A stretch of 64,000 nt of DNA. Source: Octopus vulgaris. Taxonomy: Eukaryota. Numbering within the stretch: the stretch's first letter is position 1; the number at the start of each line of letters is the position of its first letter. The position numbers and the translations under genes were made by a program. Of this stretch, positions 1-15,941 are shown one piece after another. The notes beneath the pieces are model-generated. The model saw only the letters and a program-made list of their open reading frames with translations, ran no database searches and had not been told where the DNA came from. Where the stretch lies: NCBI GenBank assembly GCA_951406725.2, contig OX597817.1:105896001-105960000 (forward strand), given 5' to 3'.

Positions 1-151
1 GTGCAGTGTTATGTGTTATGAGACGAAGATCTTTTTCATTCTTAAAATGTTGATTCACTCTTTTTTTATTCTTTGAGTAAATTCTTCACAATGACCTTCC
101 TCATTTATTATTTGTCCTAAATCCTTGAAGCTGTTATTTGTTCAATTACAT

Positions 152-208
<57 letters not shown>

Positions 209-708
209 TATGTATGTATGTATGTATGTATGTGTGTATGTATGTATGTATGTATGTATGTATGTATGTATGTATGTATGCGCGCTTACGCAACAGTATC
301 CGTGATTGTGTTTTATGTTTACACTAATCTGAAAAGCAGACGGTGGTTGTTTATGTCGTGTGTCTCTTTATGTCCCTTGACTTAGCGATTCGACATTACA
401 GATTGATAAAATAAATAGTGGGCTAAGATTTTTTACAGGTATAGATATTATCGGCTAAATCCTTGAAGGCAGTGCTCCAGCATGACTACAGTCCAATATT
501 GAAACCAGTAAAGAATAAAAAGTATATGATAGTAACTCTGCCATTTTAATACATGCACGTACATTAATATATATCAGAGTGTTTATATATGTATAACTAC
601 GTATGAATGGGGGGTATATGTGTGTTCGTGTATGTGCATGTGTGTGTGCATGTGTGTGTGTGTGTGCGCGCGTGAGTGTGTGTGTGTGTGCGTGAGTGTG
701 TGTGTGTA

Positions 709-755
<47 letters not shown>

Positions 756-1344
756 TAAAGCTCTCTATTTATACATGTTTTTGTAATATACATCTTGAGG
801 TCTGTTGACCAATTTGAGGTTGTATTGTTCCTCTTATTATTCATACTATACTGTATTTCCTGCTATAGAATTAGTCCTTGTATGAAATCGAGATTATTTG
901 GAAAGTTGTATATATTTTTATAACTGGCAGTGTAAAAGGTTCAAATATTGGTTAACAAACAGTTTACTGTCATAGAAATAGTGAAAGTAAGTTATTCTAA
1001 AAAAAAAATTAAAGTAAATTGCAATAGAAACCGGAAATGACGACAGTAACATCCCAAAATATCATGTAAACAATGTATGTATGTATCACTTTCTAACCCA
1101 CGTTTACATTAGTTGAATTATTATTCTTTTACTTGTTTCGGTCATTAGATTGTGGCCATGCTGGGGTGCCGCATTGAAGGTTTTAGTCAAATACATCGAC
1201 CCCCACAATACTTATTTTTTGAAACTTAGCGCTTATTCTATCGGTCTCCTTTTGATTGTCAAGTCGTGATGGGGGACAAACAGAAACACTAAGACACACG
1301 TGTATGTATGTGTGTGTGTATATATATGTATGTATATATATATA

Positions 1345-1405
<61 letters not shown>

Positions 1406-1581
1406 ATAAATATTAGGGAATAAATCCAAATTTACAGGGAAAAAAATCAGATTTAGGATTAAATCCAATTTTATAGTAAAATATTATAAAATATTATTAG
1501 AGACAAAACCACTATTTTGCAAAACAAACAAGGAAAGACTTAATCAATACATAAAATTTTAATAAATAGTCAAAAAAACCG

Positions 1582-1624
1582 CCACTACAATTGTTTCTTG
1601 TCTTGATCGACAATCTTCAGGTGG
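1582..1624 (-). ncRNA. Minimal type-I hammerhead ribozyme motif (family A)
   Basis: Exact reverse complement of 4465-4507. Confidence 0.85.
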
Positions 1625-3880
1625 ACTTCCAATCTAAAAAATCAATATTTTAAAATATAAAAATAATAATTTTAAAATAATTAAAGTATTAATGAAAAAT
1701 ATAAATATATAATCCATATATAACCTATATATAATCCATATATAATCAATATATAAACAATATATAAACTAAAATAAACCTATCAACAATTAAATATAAA
1801 ATATAAAATATAAAATATAAAATATAAAACAAAACAAAAAATAATAATAATATAATAATAAACTATATATACACCCATACACATATAACTAATTATATAT
1901 AACCATATCTAACTACATACACTAAATCACACACCTATATATATATATCCCTATACATACACATAAAAACGTCTAGGCAACTATAAATAAATAAAATAGC
2001 TAAATACTTCAACACAATACTTATTCATACTCCCACACACACACATACAACCCACAATCTCGCTCTAGAAACGGACAACACTTAAAATTATGAACGGAGA
2101 AATGGAATAAATGGAATTAAAAATTATATTCACTTGGTAAAACGAACACTACTTAAAAATTATGAATGAAACAATGCAATAAAACAACAGACATCGCAAA
2201 TAGACACAAATTACTACGAATTCCTTAACAAACCTACCATGATAAACCAAAACTCATAAAAACATATAATGATAAAATCTCCCTTTACTAAACTCTATAA
2301 CATACCTATATAGCAATCCCCCTAACCTAAACATTCACACACAAATACACACACGTAAACCACACACCCACGACATATACAAATACCCACCCCACTTACA
2401 CATACCTATACATACATATAAACCTCAACATATACTCCAAAAACCCACCCAACCCCACACAGACAAATAAACACATACATCCCCAAACCTAAATAGCAAA
2501 CCCATAAACACATTCACACACAAATATACATACGTAAAACACACACCATATACATATACATACTCACCAAACTCGACATATACAACAATATTAACACACC
2601 CACATTCATACAGATAAACAAACTACACAACCAAAATACGCACACACTCACACACATACATAAACACTCCAAAGAAAAACAACATTATTACACATAATAC
2701 GATATATAAAATACATCGTAAGTAACCAGAATATCAAAAATAATAATATGACATAAGGAGAAATAATATACATACTTTCAAGTCAGTTTCAAATTATGAA
2801 GTGAAATTAAATTCTAATCCGTTAAAAACATCAAACCAAATTACGTTACCATAGGAACATAACTTATGTATAAAAAAAGAATACGCTCTATGGAAGCAAA
2901 CCTCACTTAAAATTATGAATGGAGAAATAGAATAAATGGAATTAAAAATTATATACACGCGGTAAACCAACATTATTTAAAAAAATTATGAATGGATTCT
3001 TTTATAAAACTACCATGATAAACTAAAACTCACAAAAACATAAATGATAAAACCTCCCTTTACTAAACACTATAACATACTTATATAGCAATCCCTTTAA
3101 CCTATACATTCACACACAAATACACACACGTAAACCACACACCCATAACAAATACAAACACCCACCCCACTCACACACACCCACAAGTACATATAAGCCT
3201 CAACATATACACCAAACAAAATTACGTTACCAAGGAACTTAACATATGTATAAAAAGTATTACCGCTCTGTATACGAACATCTTTTAAAATTATGAATGG
3301 AGAAATGGAATAAATGGAATTAAAAATAATATTCACGTGGCAAAACGAACACCACTCAAAATTTATGAATGAAACAATGTAATAAAACAACAAACATCGA
3401 AAATAGACAAATTACCACGAATTCCCTAAAAAAACCATGATAAACCAAAACTCTTAAAAACATATAACGATAAAATCTCCCTTTGCTAATCTCTATAACA
3501 AACCTATATAGCAATCCCCCTAACCTAAACATTCACACACAAATACACACACGTAAACCCACAGACCCACGACTTATACAAATACCCACCTCACTCACAC
3601 ATACCTATACTAACTTATAAACCTCAATATACACCAAAAACCCACTCCCTCCCCACGCAGACAAATTAACACATACATCCCCAAACCTATATAACAAACC
3701 CATATACACATTCACACACAAACACACACACACGCAAAACACACACACACAACAGATACATATACTCCCTCACATATACGCATATACATACTCACTAAAC
3801 TCGATATATACAACAATATTTACACACCCACACTCATACAGATAAATAAATTATACAACTAAAAACTCACACACAATCTC

Positions 3881-4335
3881 ATGATCTCGCTACTTATGTG
3901 CTCTCTCAACGAGATACCAAGCATTGACCTTTCCATGGCTCTTTGAGCCGTTACCAGTCTTTGCTCTTCTCTCTTTGTGGTAGCCCATGTTTCACTACCA
4001 TATAACATTGCAGGCAGAACTGCACTGTTAATGAGGTTGGCGCGGGTGGTCCTGTCCAACCTTCCTTTGAGCACATCCCTTATGCCATTGAACGCCTTCC
4101 ATCCGGCCCTTACTCTCCGTGAGCTCCTTTTCGATATCTCGGCACATATTTACTTCCTATCCCAGGTAGACGTATTCCCATCGACCTGTTGGTACGTTGT
4201 CTGACCGCATGAACTTTGTTTTCATGCGGTTCATCTTGAGACCTACTGCAGAGCTTTTGATGTCGAGCTCCGTCAGCATGGTCTGAAGCTGATCCCTGTT
4301 TTCAGTGATGAGTACGATATCGTCAGCGAAACGTA
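3881..4335 (-). mobile_element. Partial duplicate of the adjacent RTE LINE fragment
   Basis: Matches about 4974-5455 apart from a 27-nt deletion. Confidence 0.9.
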
Positions 4336-4464
4336 TATATTGATTATATATGGATTATATATAGGTTATATATGGATTATATATTTATATTTTTCATTAA
4401 TACTTTAATTATTTTAAAATTATTATTTTTATATTTTAAAATATTGATTTTTTAGATTGGAAGT

Positions 4465-4507
4465 CCACCTGAAGATTGTCGATCAAGACAAGAAACAATT
4501 GTAGTGG
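4465..4507 (+). ncRNA. Minimal type-I hammerhead ribozyme motif (family A)
   Basis: CCAC-CTGAAGA-TTGTC(GATCAA)GACAA-GAAA-CAATTG-TA-GTGG: stem I CCAC/GTGG, intact core, 5-bp stem II, palindromic stem III, GUA cleavage triplet. Confidence 0.88.
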
Positions 4508-4601
4508 CGGTTTTTTTGACTATTTATTAAAATTTTATGTATTGATTAAGTCTTTCCTTGTTTGTTTTGCAAAATAGTGGTTTTGTCTCTAATAATATTT
4601 T

Positions 4602-4666
<65 letters not shown>

Positions 4667-4671
4667 TATAT

Positions 4672-5605
<934 letters not shown>

Positions 5606-7240
5606 GTCGGGGTTCTTTCAGTTTCCGGCCAATCAAATCTATTCACAAGGCTTTGAGAATCAAATGTTTCCTCTCAAAAAAGGAATCGACTCGAGTGAAT
5701 CCACAGGAATATCGCCTCCACTTCCTATTGGTTCTTTATAACTCAATCGTGCGGAATTATTGTATTCTTCATATGACCATGTCGGCTACCATGCGTTGAC
5801 ATGCAAATCACCGAAGTGCCTTCTCAGAAGTATTTGTTACTAGGTATAAATACGTTGGGACGATGTGTAGCAGCTGAGATACATCATTCCAATCTATCTC
5901 AGCTGCTATTTCTAGAATATCTAAGATATCACTAGAACGTACTATACATGTAGGTACCTGTGGACGTGATATAATGAAGGAGTTCTTTATTTTTTACATG
6001 AAATTTAGGCATGACATTGTCACTTCCGGTTTGGAATTTACTTTAATTTTTTAGGACAATTTACCTTCACTTTTTTTATAACGGTAAACTGCATGTTAAC
6101 CCAAAGTTTTATAAGAAACAGTTATTTATACTCAGTAATGCGTATCAAATATTCTTAGTTCTCACTTTTGGTTCTCTTTATCTTACATTTATAACTGATG
6201 TTCCCAAGGAAAGGCATGAGTATCACAACTATTACATTATCGTCGATCGTACCGTGTTTTAAATATATGAAAGTATCTGTTATTTATGATAACTTGTGTC
6301 AGAGTATAAAGAAATAAATTATCGGAAATGGTGCTCCACAGACATATGTTTTGATTTATATAACATAAAACTTTTACTAATTTACATATTCATCACTTTC
6401 TTCTTAGGACAAGCTATTATGATTACAAATAGTGTCTGTGTCACTTTTAATAGGATTTCTTATTTTCTTATTAATTTCTTCGGTATGGTAATATGTAATT
6501 TCACCTCATCATGCCTTCTGATAATTTTCTCAACTTTTTATTTGACAACAGTCAATGCGTTGATTTATATTAAAATATGCTGAAACGTCTTCAAATTATT
6601 ATGAACTCCATAAAAGCATTGATCTTCATTATTTTCCGTATACTAAGATATAAAAGTCAGCGCCAACAACAGTAACAATAAAAGCTAGAACAAAAGTAGT
6701 CATAAAATACAAAAGCATGGAGAACATCCTGAATTATATTGGAATTTGGGCACAAGGCCAGCAATTTCGGGGGAGGGGGGAATCGATGACATCAACTTCG
6801 GTGCTCGACTGGTACTTATTTTATCGACATCGAAAGGAAGAAAGGCAAAGTCGACTTCGGCGGAATTTGAACTCTAAACGTAAAGACGGACGAATTTCCA
6901 CTAACGACTCTGCCAACTCGCCGCCTTTTCCTGAATTATAATAATAGTAGTTACAGAATCCCCGTTCAAAACATTTTGTATGGAAAGGTTTTATTGATTC
7001 CATTCACCAATGATTCTCCTTTCTTCTTCTTTCCAAAAATTTGAGTTGGTGGAAATGAGTACAAGAAGTCGCTAACACTTCTCTTCATTTTTCCCTTTCT
7101 CTCATCACACCAGTGACTTTGTTTTTAAGAACTTCAGTTAAAGAAAAAAAATCCTTTGTAAACAGTTCTCAAACGGTGTGACATCCTAATGGGCTGCAAG
7201 TTTATATCTCGGTGCGCTTCAAACTTTTACAAACATCTTG

Positions 7241-7481
7241 GCCAGTGGCCTAGCATGTATAAAAAGTAAATAGATAACATATTCTCCATATAAAATTAGT
7301 GTACATTTAAACACAAAAGAGGCGACCCTTAACAGGCAGCCTTACATGCTAGAAGGAGCAGTCAAAACGACCAATACTAAATTTAAGAGCAGCAAATGAA
7401 AAAATTTTGTGTTTAATGTACACTAATTTTATATGGAGAATATGTTGCCTATTGACTTTGTATACATGCTAGGCCACTAGC
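7241..7481. repeat. Inverted repeat pair, about 78-bp arms (MITE/foldback)
   Basis: gtggcctagcatgtata...gtacatttaaacacaaaa versus ttttgtgtttaatgtacac...tatacatgctaggccac. Confidence 0.8.
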
Positions 7482-7593
7482 AATGAAATTTCTAAAAAAA
7501 AATTCGCTATCCTATATTTTACGTATATGAAATTCAAAGCTAGCCAGTTTCAAAAACAGCCGGATTTCTGAATTCCGGATGAGAGGTTCGGTA

Positions 7594-7630
<37 letters not shown>

Positions 7631-7632
<2 letters not shown>

Positions 7633-8452
7633 ATTTGTTGTGTAACGTCGGAACAACGCGAGAAGGTACAAAGTATAGCACAAAAGAAAACGTAAACAAA
7701 ACAAAACTGCTGTTTTACCTTATCTCTCTATATAAAGCTGAAGTTGTCTGTGTATGGCAGGTTTGGTAGCCTTTAACTAACACTATTTCCTCCGAGACCC
7801 TGCGGCACAAGTTGACCAAAATTGAGAGTATGACAGAAGAAGGTTTGCTCTTCCTTCCGTAGAAGAAAAAATTTAAATCTGACCATGTTAACACCAAAAA
7901 TTATTTACATAAAAAGGTGCTTTTTTTCTATGAAAATCCCTATTTTTTACGATTTTTTCACTGCCGTGTCGCCATTTTTCGGTATATTTCAACCAGAAAA
8001 ATGTTCACTTAAAGAGAATAACAAGCTACATAATGCAAAATTTTTACTTTTCAAAAATTCTAATTCTAAAGGGTCGAAACAAACCCGAGCAACGCCGGGC
8101 GATACTGCTAATATTTCTATATCTTGAGACTATATCCACTTCTTCAGGACATTTGGAAAAGCGAGGGATGGAAAAGTTCGTTGCTCAGACGTGTGGGAGA
8201 GGAAAGAGAAAGGGAGAGGGGGAAGAAAGGTGACATGTGCCAACTGGTGTTGCTATAGTAACCAGTCTGCGCTTGTTACCTTCCTATTCCTCCCTCTTCC
8301 TCTTTCATCCCCCACACATCTGAGCAATGACTTTTCCATCCGTCGTTTTTCGAAGGTGTCATAACCCTGAAATGAAGACATACAAGGTAGACCTGCATCT
8401 TTGTTTTCTTTTCTTTTCTTCTTGCATTGTTCCGGCATTACACAACAAATCT
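7631..8452. mobile_element. Palindromic foldback element centred near 8255, left arm interrupted by a Helitron
   Basis: agatttgttgtgtaacgtcggaacaa / ttgttccggcattacacaacaaatct at the ends; about 8148-8248 is the diverged reverse complement of about 8261-8360. Confidence 0.75.
7723..8111 (+). mobile_element. Non-autonomous Helitron
   Basis: Starts TC after A; subterminal hairpin cccgagcaacgccggg; ends CTAA before T; no TSD. Confidence 0.7.
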
Positions 8453-10020
8453 CTTAAAAGTAATACCACACAATGCTTCACCAGAACCATTCCATTTTTT
8501 TAATATACGTATGCTTGAATATCTTGAAAAACGTTATTCATAATTTTACTAATTACACGTGCAATTGATAAGACAAGGAAGTAATATTTCCAATCTAAAG
8601 CGCCGACCTACAAAACTAAAACCTATAGTTTACCACTAATGGAAAACAGTGAATGTCTAACTTCTTAATTTCTTAAAATTATAAATAACACAGTAGATCA
8701 TTATACACACACAGATACATAGACACACACTCATACACACACATGCATTTATACACACATCGATCCATCCATACAGGCAGACAGAAAGACAGACAGCCAG
8801 ACAGAACTAGATAAGATACAATCATAGACATATATACGTCAGAAAGATATCTTTGTCTAACATCTGTATTTATATATCTATACATCTGTCACGCAGCCTA
8901 AACCCATGTTTCGTTCGTTTTTGTAAAGTAATTTTGGCACATGATGCGTGTTTCTTTTTATGCGGTCTTAGTTTTCTTCGCACTAATAAATATAAATTTA
9001 ATGGTATTAGATTTAACTAACTTGAAAGGAATTATTTCATTAATTTGCCACCAAGGACCATCCAAATAGTCCATAGACAAATTAAAAAGTATTACAAAAC
9101 GTTGGAATACGGAAAAAAAGACGAGATAAAAGAAATTGTGCGTATTAAAGACATTTTACATTATATTAGAGCATGCTGAACATATTTTGTATATGACAGA
9201 AAGTAATCACAAAATAATTAAATAAAATTGTAAAACACAGATAGAATTTTAAGAAAATAGGGCAGCCGACCCATACACGGATGATGATCCTCTATCTGGG
9301 TCAGCCCACGGCTCCCACAATTCTGATTCCCCACCCCGCCACCGCCATCTCTTTTCTAAACGTATAGCCCACATAATTGTTCTTTTCAAAAGTGCTAATG
9401 GGTACTTTTGATGTCAGAGTGGCTAAGAAATAATTCACATCCAGTTAATAGTCTAAGTAAATTTCTTCGTGACATTGTTCGTCGTTTTCTCCCTCAATGT
9501 GCTGCCTTTCTCATTCTTCAACTAGTTGGAGCCTATTCACTCACCTGCTTGTATTGAATTTGTCTCGAAATGGCCTCATCTATGCTGTTAGTCAATTGTT
9601 CGTTTTTTGTGCATAGATCTGTGAATTTCCAAGCAATGTTAGGGAAGATGGGCTCCTCCTGACACTTCTTACTTGAAATCTATAAGTGGCTATTCTCTTT
9701 TTTCCTCGAAGAGTGCACCCCCCACCACCTCTTGCTTGCTTTGTCTGATGTCTCCAAAGTCTTCTATTCATGCTCATTTTCCATCTCTTTCTAATCGCAA
9801 GATGATAAGGACAGAAGTCATACCGATAGTTACGAGAAGCGGCCCTCAGTCAGTTCCTGGAAACGAGGACAAGGCGATCTCTTCCAATATTTCCAGAAAG
9901 TCACTTTTCGATAATTTAATCAAAATCTCAAGTGCCGACCTACAAAACTAAAAAGTATAATTTACTTTTAACGATAGGCAGTGTCCGAAATCTTAATATC
10001 AAAGATAACATTTGAGATCA

Positions 10021-10053
<33 letters not shown>

Positions 10054-11809
10054 ATTTATTTATTTTATTAGAGTTCTGTTTGCAATCATAACGAATATAA
10101 AACTGACTCGGCACGTAAATGCTCTATTTCAATATCTCCTTTCAAATATATCTATTAATTACTACATGTCAGGTTAGGAAAGCTCTTGAAACACTCACCA
10201 GAATTTTCCCAGCAATCCATACACTTTAACGGTAAATTTAAGATCTATTCTAACTTCAAATGAGCATCCATCTCAGTAACTGTAAACAAATTACACGTCA
10301 TTTTCTACTTATATCTAAACTATTACTGCCATTCCCCACTACCACACACACTCTCTACTTATTTCTCTCTATCTTACACACCACACACACACATACACAC
10401 TTGTCTCTCCTTGATCTTATCTCCTCCACAACAAACCGTGAAGAAGTATTTTAGCACTCAGAAAGACATTAGATTGTTTAATAAGATACGAAATCAAAAG
10501 TTTTCTACTGAATTGTCGACTCTTTATTCACCCCCCCTGTCAGTGTGTGCGTGCGTGCGTATGTGTGGTATGTGTACAGACGTTCTGGTATCTCAGCCGG
10601 TTTGAAATATTATCCAATTTCCTTTTTATTTTTTATGATTTTTATCCTGGTTTGATTGAAAGACAAATGGTTGATTAGCTTCTCTAGCGCGTTATGAAAC
10701 ATCTAGAGCAGCAAGTCAACTAGGATTTGAAACTAACCCCCTCTGCTTCACTCACACGGGAAACTGTTCCTACAACAGATAAAGCCAAGTAGATGACATT
10801 TGAAGGCTCAATTAACTACAAGGAAAACCAGTTGGTGATAGGAAACCTAGGAAATCTTTTGAGTTCTCTAAATTCTGACCTGTTCGCTTTTTATTATTGT
10901 TAAAATTAAGTCTTATACAACTCACGTTTTCCATAAGAAAGGGGAAAAGCTGCAGAACTTGGACGATTCAACACGCTTCAAAGACATCTCATCAAAGCTG
11001 ACAAAAGTAGCTGATGAGGTACTCCCTCACTTCCACTTCTATTTTTGTGAGCTAGCAGAATCTTTAGGACTCCGGACAAAAATGCTTAACAGCATTTCGT
11101 CCATCTTTATGTTCTCAGTTCAAATTTCACCGAGGTCGATTTCGCCTTTCATCGTTTCGAGATCGATAAAATAAGCACCAGATGAGCACTGGGGTTGATG
11201 TAATCGACTAGCACCCCTGTCTCACAAAATTTCAGGCTTTGTGCCTATAGTAGAAGGGCTATTTCACATTTTCTCAACAAAGATATGATAGTCAAAAACA
11301 AGCGCTGGATTTTTACAACCAAACTCAATCCGTCTTTTTACTCACGCACACACAAACTCACTCCCATACTGCTCCTCTGTGAATATTCAAATGTTTTTGC
11401 TGTGCACACCTTTGTATTGTAAATATGATCTTTCGGATTAAGTAACACTGATATTTTTCATTGTGTCATAAACGAACAATTCGATGTGTCATATATAATT
11501 GCTGACGCCAACAATATATTTTTCTTATGATTTAATTAACTGAGTAAATTTATTCTTTAGTCAGCGTACATTAATCGTACTTTGACATTGAATCATTATA
11601 ATATTATTCAGTTTGTTCCTCCGTTCCTGACAGTCTCATCCGTGTGTTACATTTAGGTCATCAAGTGAGGTTATAGCCTGAATGTAGAAATATATAAAGA
11701 AAAGGGGGAGAAAGGAAGAGAGGGTAACAAAGAAAGAAACGAAACGGGAATAGTAGAATCAGTGAAAAAATAGAAAGGGAAAACACGAAAGAGACACAGA
11801 GAGAGAAAA

Positions 11810-11901
<92 letters not shown>

Positions 11902-12263
11902 GTGTGTGTACTATTAGAGGGAGAGAGTCAGGAGGATAGAGGTCTCTATTATTCTGCATTTGTGTGTAAAAAAAACGCTGGCACAATCGAAATGTTTAAC
12001 ATATAAAACAATATTATGAAGAGCAATAAATTTACGCTTTAAAAGATATATCGGTAAACAGTTGAATTAAAGTGAAATAACCTTGGCTAACAAATAGCTG
12101 TGGAAGTTATTGTTTTATCTTTTACGTATTCCAGACCAAACCCGTGGCTATGTTGGGGCACCGCCACAATTCCCTTTTTTTTTTCTTTTCAGGTTTAAAT
12201 TCTCGGTATTATGAAAGTAAACATACACACATCGGCAGAAGGGAAAGTAGACATGATAATTAC

Positions 12264-12265
12264 CC

Positions 12266-12345
<80 letters not shown>

Positions 12346-12433
12346 TGGCAGACAAGCAGGCAGGCAGGCAGGTAGGCAGGTAGGTAGGTAGGTAGGTAGG
12401 TAGGTAGGTAAGTAGGTAGGTAGGTAGGTAGGT
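12264..12433. repeat. (CAGA)n-(CAGG)n-(TAGG)n compound microsatellite
   Basis: Read directly. Confidence 0.97.
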
Positions 12434-12879
12434 GAGTCTACCGATATATCAAGTCATGCAAATAGAAAGATATATTAATTGATATACAAATAGATATGTT
12501 GCTGACATAAAGTGAAATGAAAAGAAATGAAAATAATCTCAATTGGTAAATAACTTTTATTGGGCCTTGGTGGTGGTTGGACAGCGAAGGTGTAGTTTGT
12601 TTATATATTTTTAGTTTTTAAAGTTCCTTCACTTAACACATGCGCTTTGGTGCAATTAATTCTCTGATGCTCAATCGAAACATTTCTTTGTAAAATATGG
12701 GCAACGATAGACGACATGAGCTTAAAGGAGAATAAATGAAAGCGGTTATTTTTCAGAAAAAGAAATAATTAGAAGCAAGCATGTACTATATGTAAGATGT
12801 GTCTGCCTCTACAATAATTGCATTGGATCCACTTCAATAACACGTAACAAGAAGAAATGCGCTTCCTAATAACCTCACA

Positions 12880-13678
12880 TCAAACTGACTCCAAATGTTT
12901 CCAGTTTTCCTTTAATTTCAGAACTGTAAGGCTGCCTTACTCTATGACAGTAAATAAGGCACAAGAACAAACATTTAACAAAATTGGAATATGTTTACCA
13001 CCTCCTGTGTTCAGCCATAAGCAATTATATGTGGCATTTTCTAGGGCCAGAAAATTATCTGATGTGGTTGTAAGAGTAGTTGAGACCAACGGACAAGACA
13101 AACAAGAAGGTAAAATTCTTAAAAAACTTTCTGAATAAAAATTTTTTAAATGCTGAGAGAGTAAATCTAGTATTTTATTTATCTCATGTATATGTATGTC
13201 ATTCGTATTACATTCAGTTCATACAGTTTGTTAAGTATTTTCTATGATCACATACAATGCCTATTTCAGACACATTTAAATTGGTTTTGTATTTTTGTTT
13301 TTGTATGTATGTCACATAGACTTCGTACAGGCCTGTTTGTAATGTAGATTGTTTGTATCTTATTCAGTAAGTGCCTGTTCTTTTTATATACATATAATAA
13401 TCATATAAACTATCGTTTGTATTTATTCATTTACTTTATAACTATGTAATAAAGACCGTAAATAATAAACATTTACTAAATATATATGAATAAGTTTTAT
13501 CTAATTCATCTTTTATTTCCTTAAACTATAAAGTACATCATATTTGTCATACGTATTCATTTCAGTTATGTTTAAAAGCAGTTTTCATTAAATGGCAAGA
13601 TATCAAAAGAACGTTTTGAAAGACGTTACATAATGTTTTCAAGTGTGTTGACCGTGGAATTTACATGGGTGCTACTAG
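12880..13678 (+). mobile_element. Helitron 3' fragment (PIF1-type helicase C-terminus plus terminus)
   Basis: [42 protein letters not shown] matches Helitron helicase motifs V-VI; terminal hairpin accgtgg...catgggt then CTAG|T at 13675-13679. Confidence 0.85.
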
Positions 13679-14189
13679 TATAAAATAATTTTGATATATT
13701 TTTGTAATGCTAAAAAATGTGCATTTACGGGAAAATTCCTAAATAAAACTTGACGGGAACAGGGTAAAACATGGTCACTGATTTGAGAAGTTCTCTCTTG
13801 CACATAGAGGTAAGTCGGATATTAAAGACCATTTGCAATCTCAAAAGAGCAAAGCGAGTGTTATTGCTTGTTGATCACGGTAATATAGTTTGTTTGTTTT
13901 TTTCAGAAAAAAGTTAAGGAAAATGTGATCCGAAGTTTCTTATTCCTACCAAAGAAGCTACTTTTGCTTTTTATGGCTTGGGTTTTCTAAGTTATCCGTT
14001 GGTTTTTTAAAATTAGTCACATAACTTTTTGAGCTAAATTTTCGTCTCAACTCGGATAAAATGAGAAGCCATTATTTTGAAAGCAATTGTATGGATGACT
14101 AAATTTAAACTTGCTAAAGGCGTTGGGAGGACAATTTTTAAAGATGCTTCGAAAGAAAAAGTTCCTCCGTTTTTACAGTTGTATTCGCC

Positions 14190-14725
14190 AGCCTCTTTGC
14201 CTCCTCCGCTATCCTAAACTGGACAACCACCGTTCTGCATCCCTATCCTTTCGCTATATATATGTCACTTCCTTCGAAAGCCCCTTCAATGCTTTTTCTA
14301 CTTTTTCCATCTCCATCCATTCCACCTTCCTACTCTCCACTGAGTACACCTTGTAGGTAATGGTCTTCTTTTCCATATTTTCCATTACCCTTTGCGGGGG
14401 TAATAACTTTACGTCACTGTCCCCCTTCTGTGTTATCTTACTCAGCTCCTTCAGTCCGGCCAGGTCCATCTCTCTTTTCTTCACTTCTGCAGCCTCAGCA
14501 AAACTCTTTACTCTTTCCAAATGCTCTTCCTTTCTGTTTACCGCCTTAACGAGCTCCTCCTCTGCTGAAGACAGTTCAGACTCGCTAATGTCCAAATGCA
14601 TTCCTTTCCACTGGTACAACACTCACCAACAATCCGCTGACAAGCAGCTCAAAAAATTCCGTCCGTCTCGTCAAAAATCAACACAGCGAATAGATCGCTT
14701 CTTATCACAGACACGCTTGCTGTCC
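14190..14725 (-). mobile_element. Probable LINE 5' end / ORF1 fragment
   Basis: Intronless 122-aa E/K-rich coiled-coil-like ORF with higher GC, next to a (TA)n tract; no diagnostic motif. Confidence 0.35.
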
Positions 14726-14797
14726 ATATTAATTTTACATTATATAATATTATATATATATATATATATGTATATGGCCTGCTGTCCATATTAATTT

Positions 14798-14866
<69 letters not shown>

Positions 14867-15357
14867 TCAAAATAAGCAACAGGGTATCAAGTAATAATGC
14901 AGTATGTCCATTTAATTGAACAATGGAATTATTACATCAATTTGAATGTGATTCCATCTTCAGCTGCACAAATAAATAAATGGAATTTTAACAAGTCGTA
15001 CACAGTAATATAATTTTTCTTAAATATTTTAACAGAGCAAGAAGATAGAAGAAATTCATGTCGCTATTGTAGCTAAGAATAGACTACATCTTCTGAGAAT
15101 TGCATGGAGCATAGTAGGGTCATAGGGTTGTATGGGTTGTAATTTATTTCTAATTCATTTATCTCTTTATCAACTACTATATATACTATAATACACACAC
15201 GCGCGCGCGCTTTTCGCTGTCCATCCACCAAGCCTCAGTCAAAGTTATTTACCAATTTCATTTTTTTAATTTCACTTAAGTTCAGCTACATATCTACTTG
15301 TATATCTATTAACATATCTCTCTATCTGCATATCTGTTGATATATTTGTAAACTCAC

Positions 15358-15391
<34 letters not shown>

Positions 15392-15894
15392 GTCATTCTG
15401 TCTGCCTGTCTGTGGAAATTTTATCGGTGAGTGTGTTAAATTATAACGCACAAAAAGAAAATTACTCTCCCCAGACGCAAAAGAATATGCTTCAACACAC
15501 GAAATCATATAAAGAATCTTGCAAACCAAATCCAAAAACGAAATACCATATCTGCATTTCCTTTCTATATCTGTCTGCTCTCATAATACCCATAAATATT
15601 TAAATCTTATAACAAAAAGAAATTAGTTATGGCGGTGTCCCAGCATGGGTACAGCTTTTGGTCTAGAACATTTAAAATGTAAAAGTGTAACATCCTCAGC
15701 TATTTACTAAGATTATTTCACTTTAATTTAACTTTCTATCGATATATCTTTTAATGCATAAATTTATAAATGCAATGTTTAACATTGTTTCACTAAGTTA
15801 AACATTTCAACTGTGCCTGCGATTTGAACACTCAAATGCAGAAGAGTAGAGACCGTCTTCTCCTCTTTCTCTCTCTTACTCTTCCCTTCACCCC

Positions 15895-15934
<40 letters not shown>

Positions 15935-15941
<7 letters not shown>

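Larger units (their letters stand above)
1400..4602 (-). mobile_element. Non-coding Penelope-like insertion with about 270-bp inverted repeats (1487-1755 / 4334-4602) carrying hammerheads
   Basis: Near-identical inverted arms, (TA)n on both sides, A/C-rich interior with internal direct duplications (about 2080-2660, 2905-3230, 3280-3870). Confidence 0.65.

Noticed and set aside
125-844. ORFs rich in CVCV/HTHT/YIYI here and throughout the window
   Set aside because: Translations of (CA)n, (TA)n and (TATG)n microsatellites, not genes.
9300-9930. Possible RTE-like coding remnant between two copies of gccgacctacaaaactaaaa (about 8602 and 9933)
   Set aside because: Too decayed to assign by eye.
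14905-14970. Minus-strand CTGAAGA followed by stem TGGAAT...ATTCCA next to (TA)n
   Set aside because: No GAAA/stem III/NUH follows; at best a broken hammerhead remnant.
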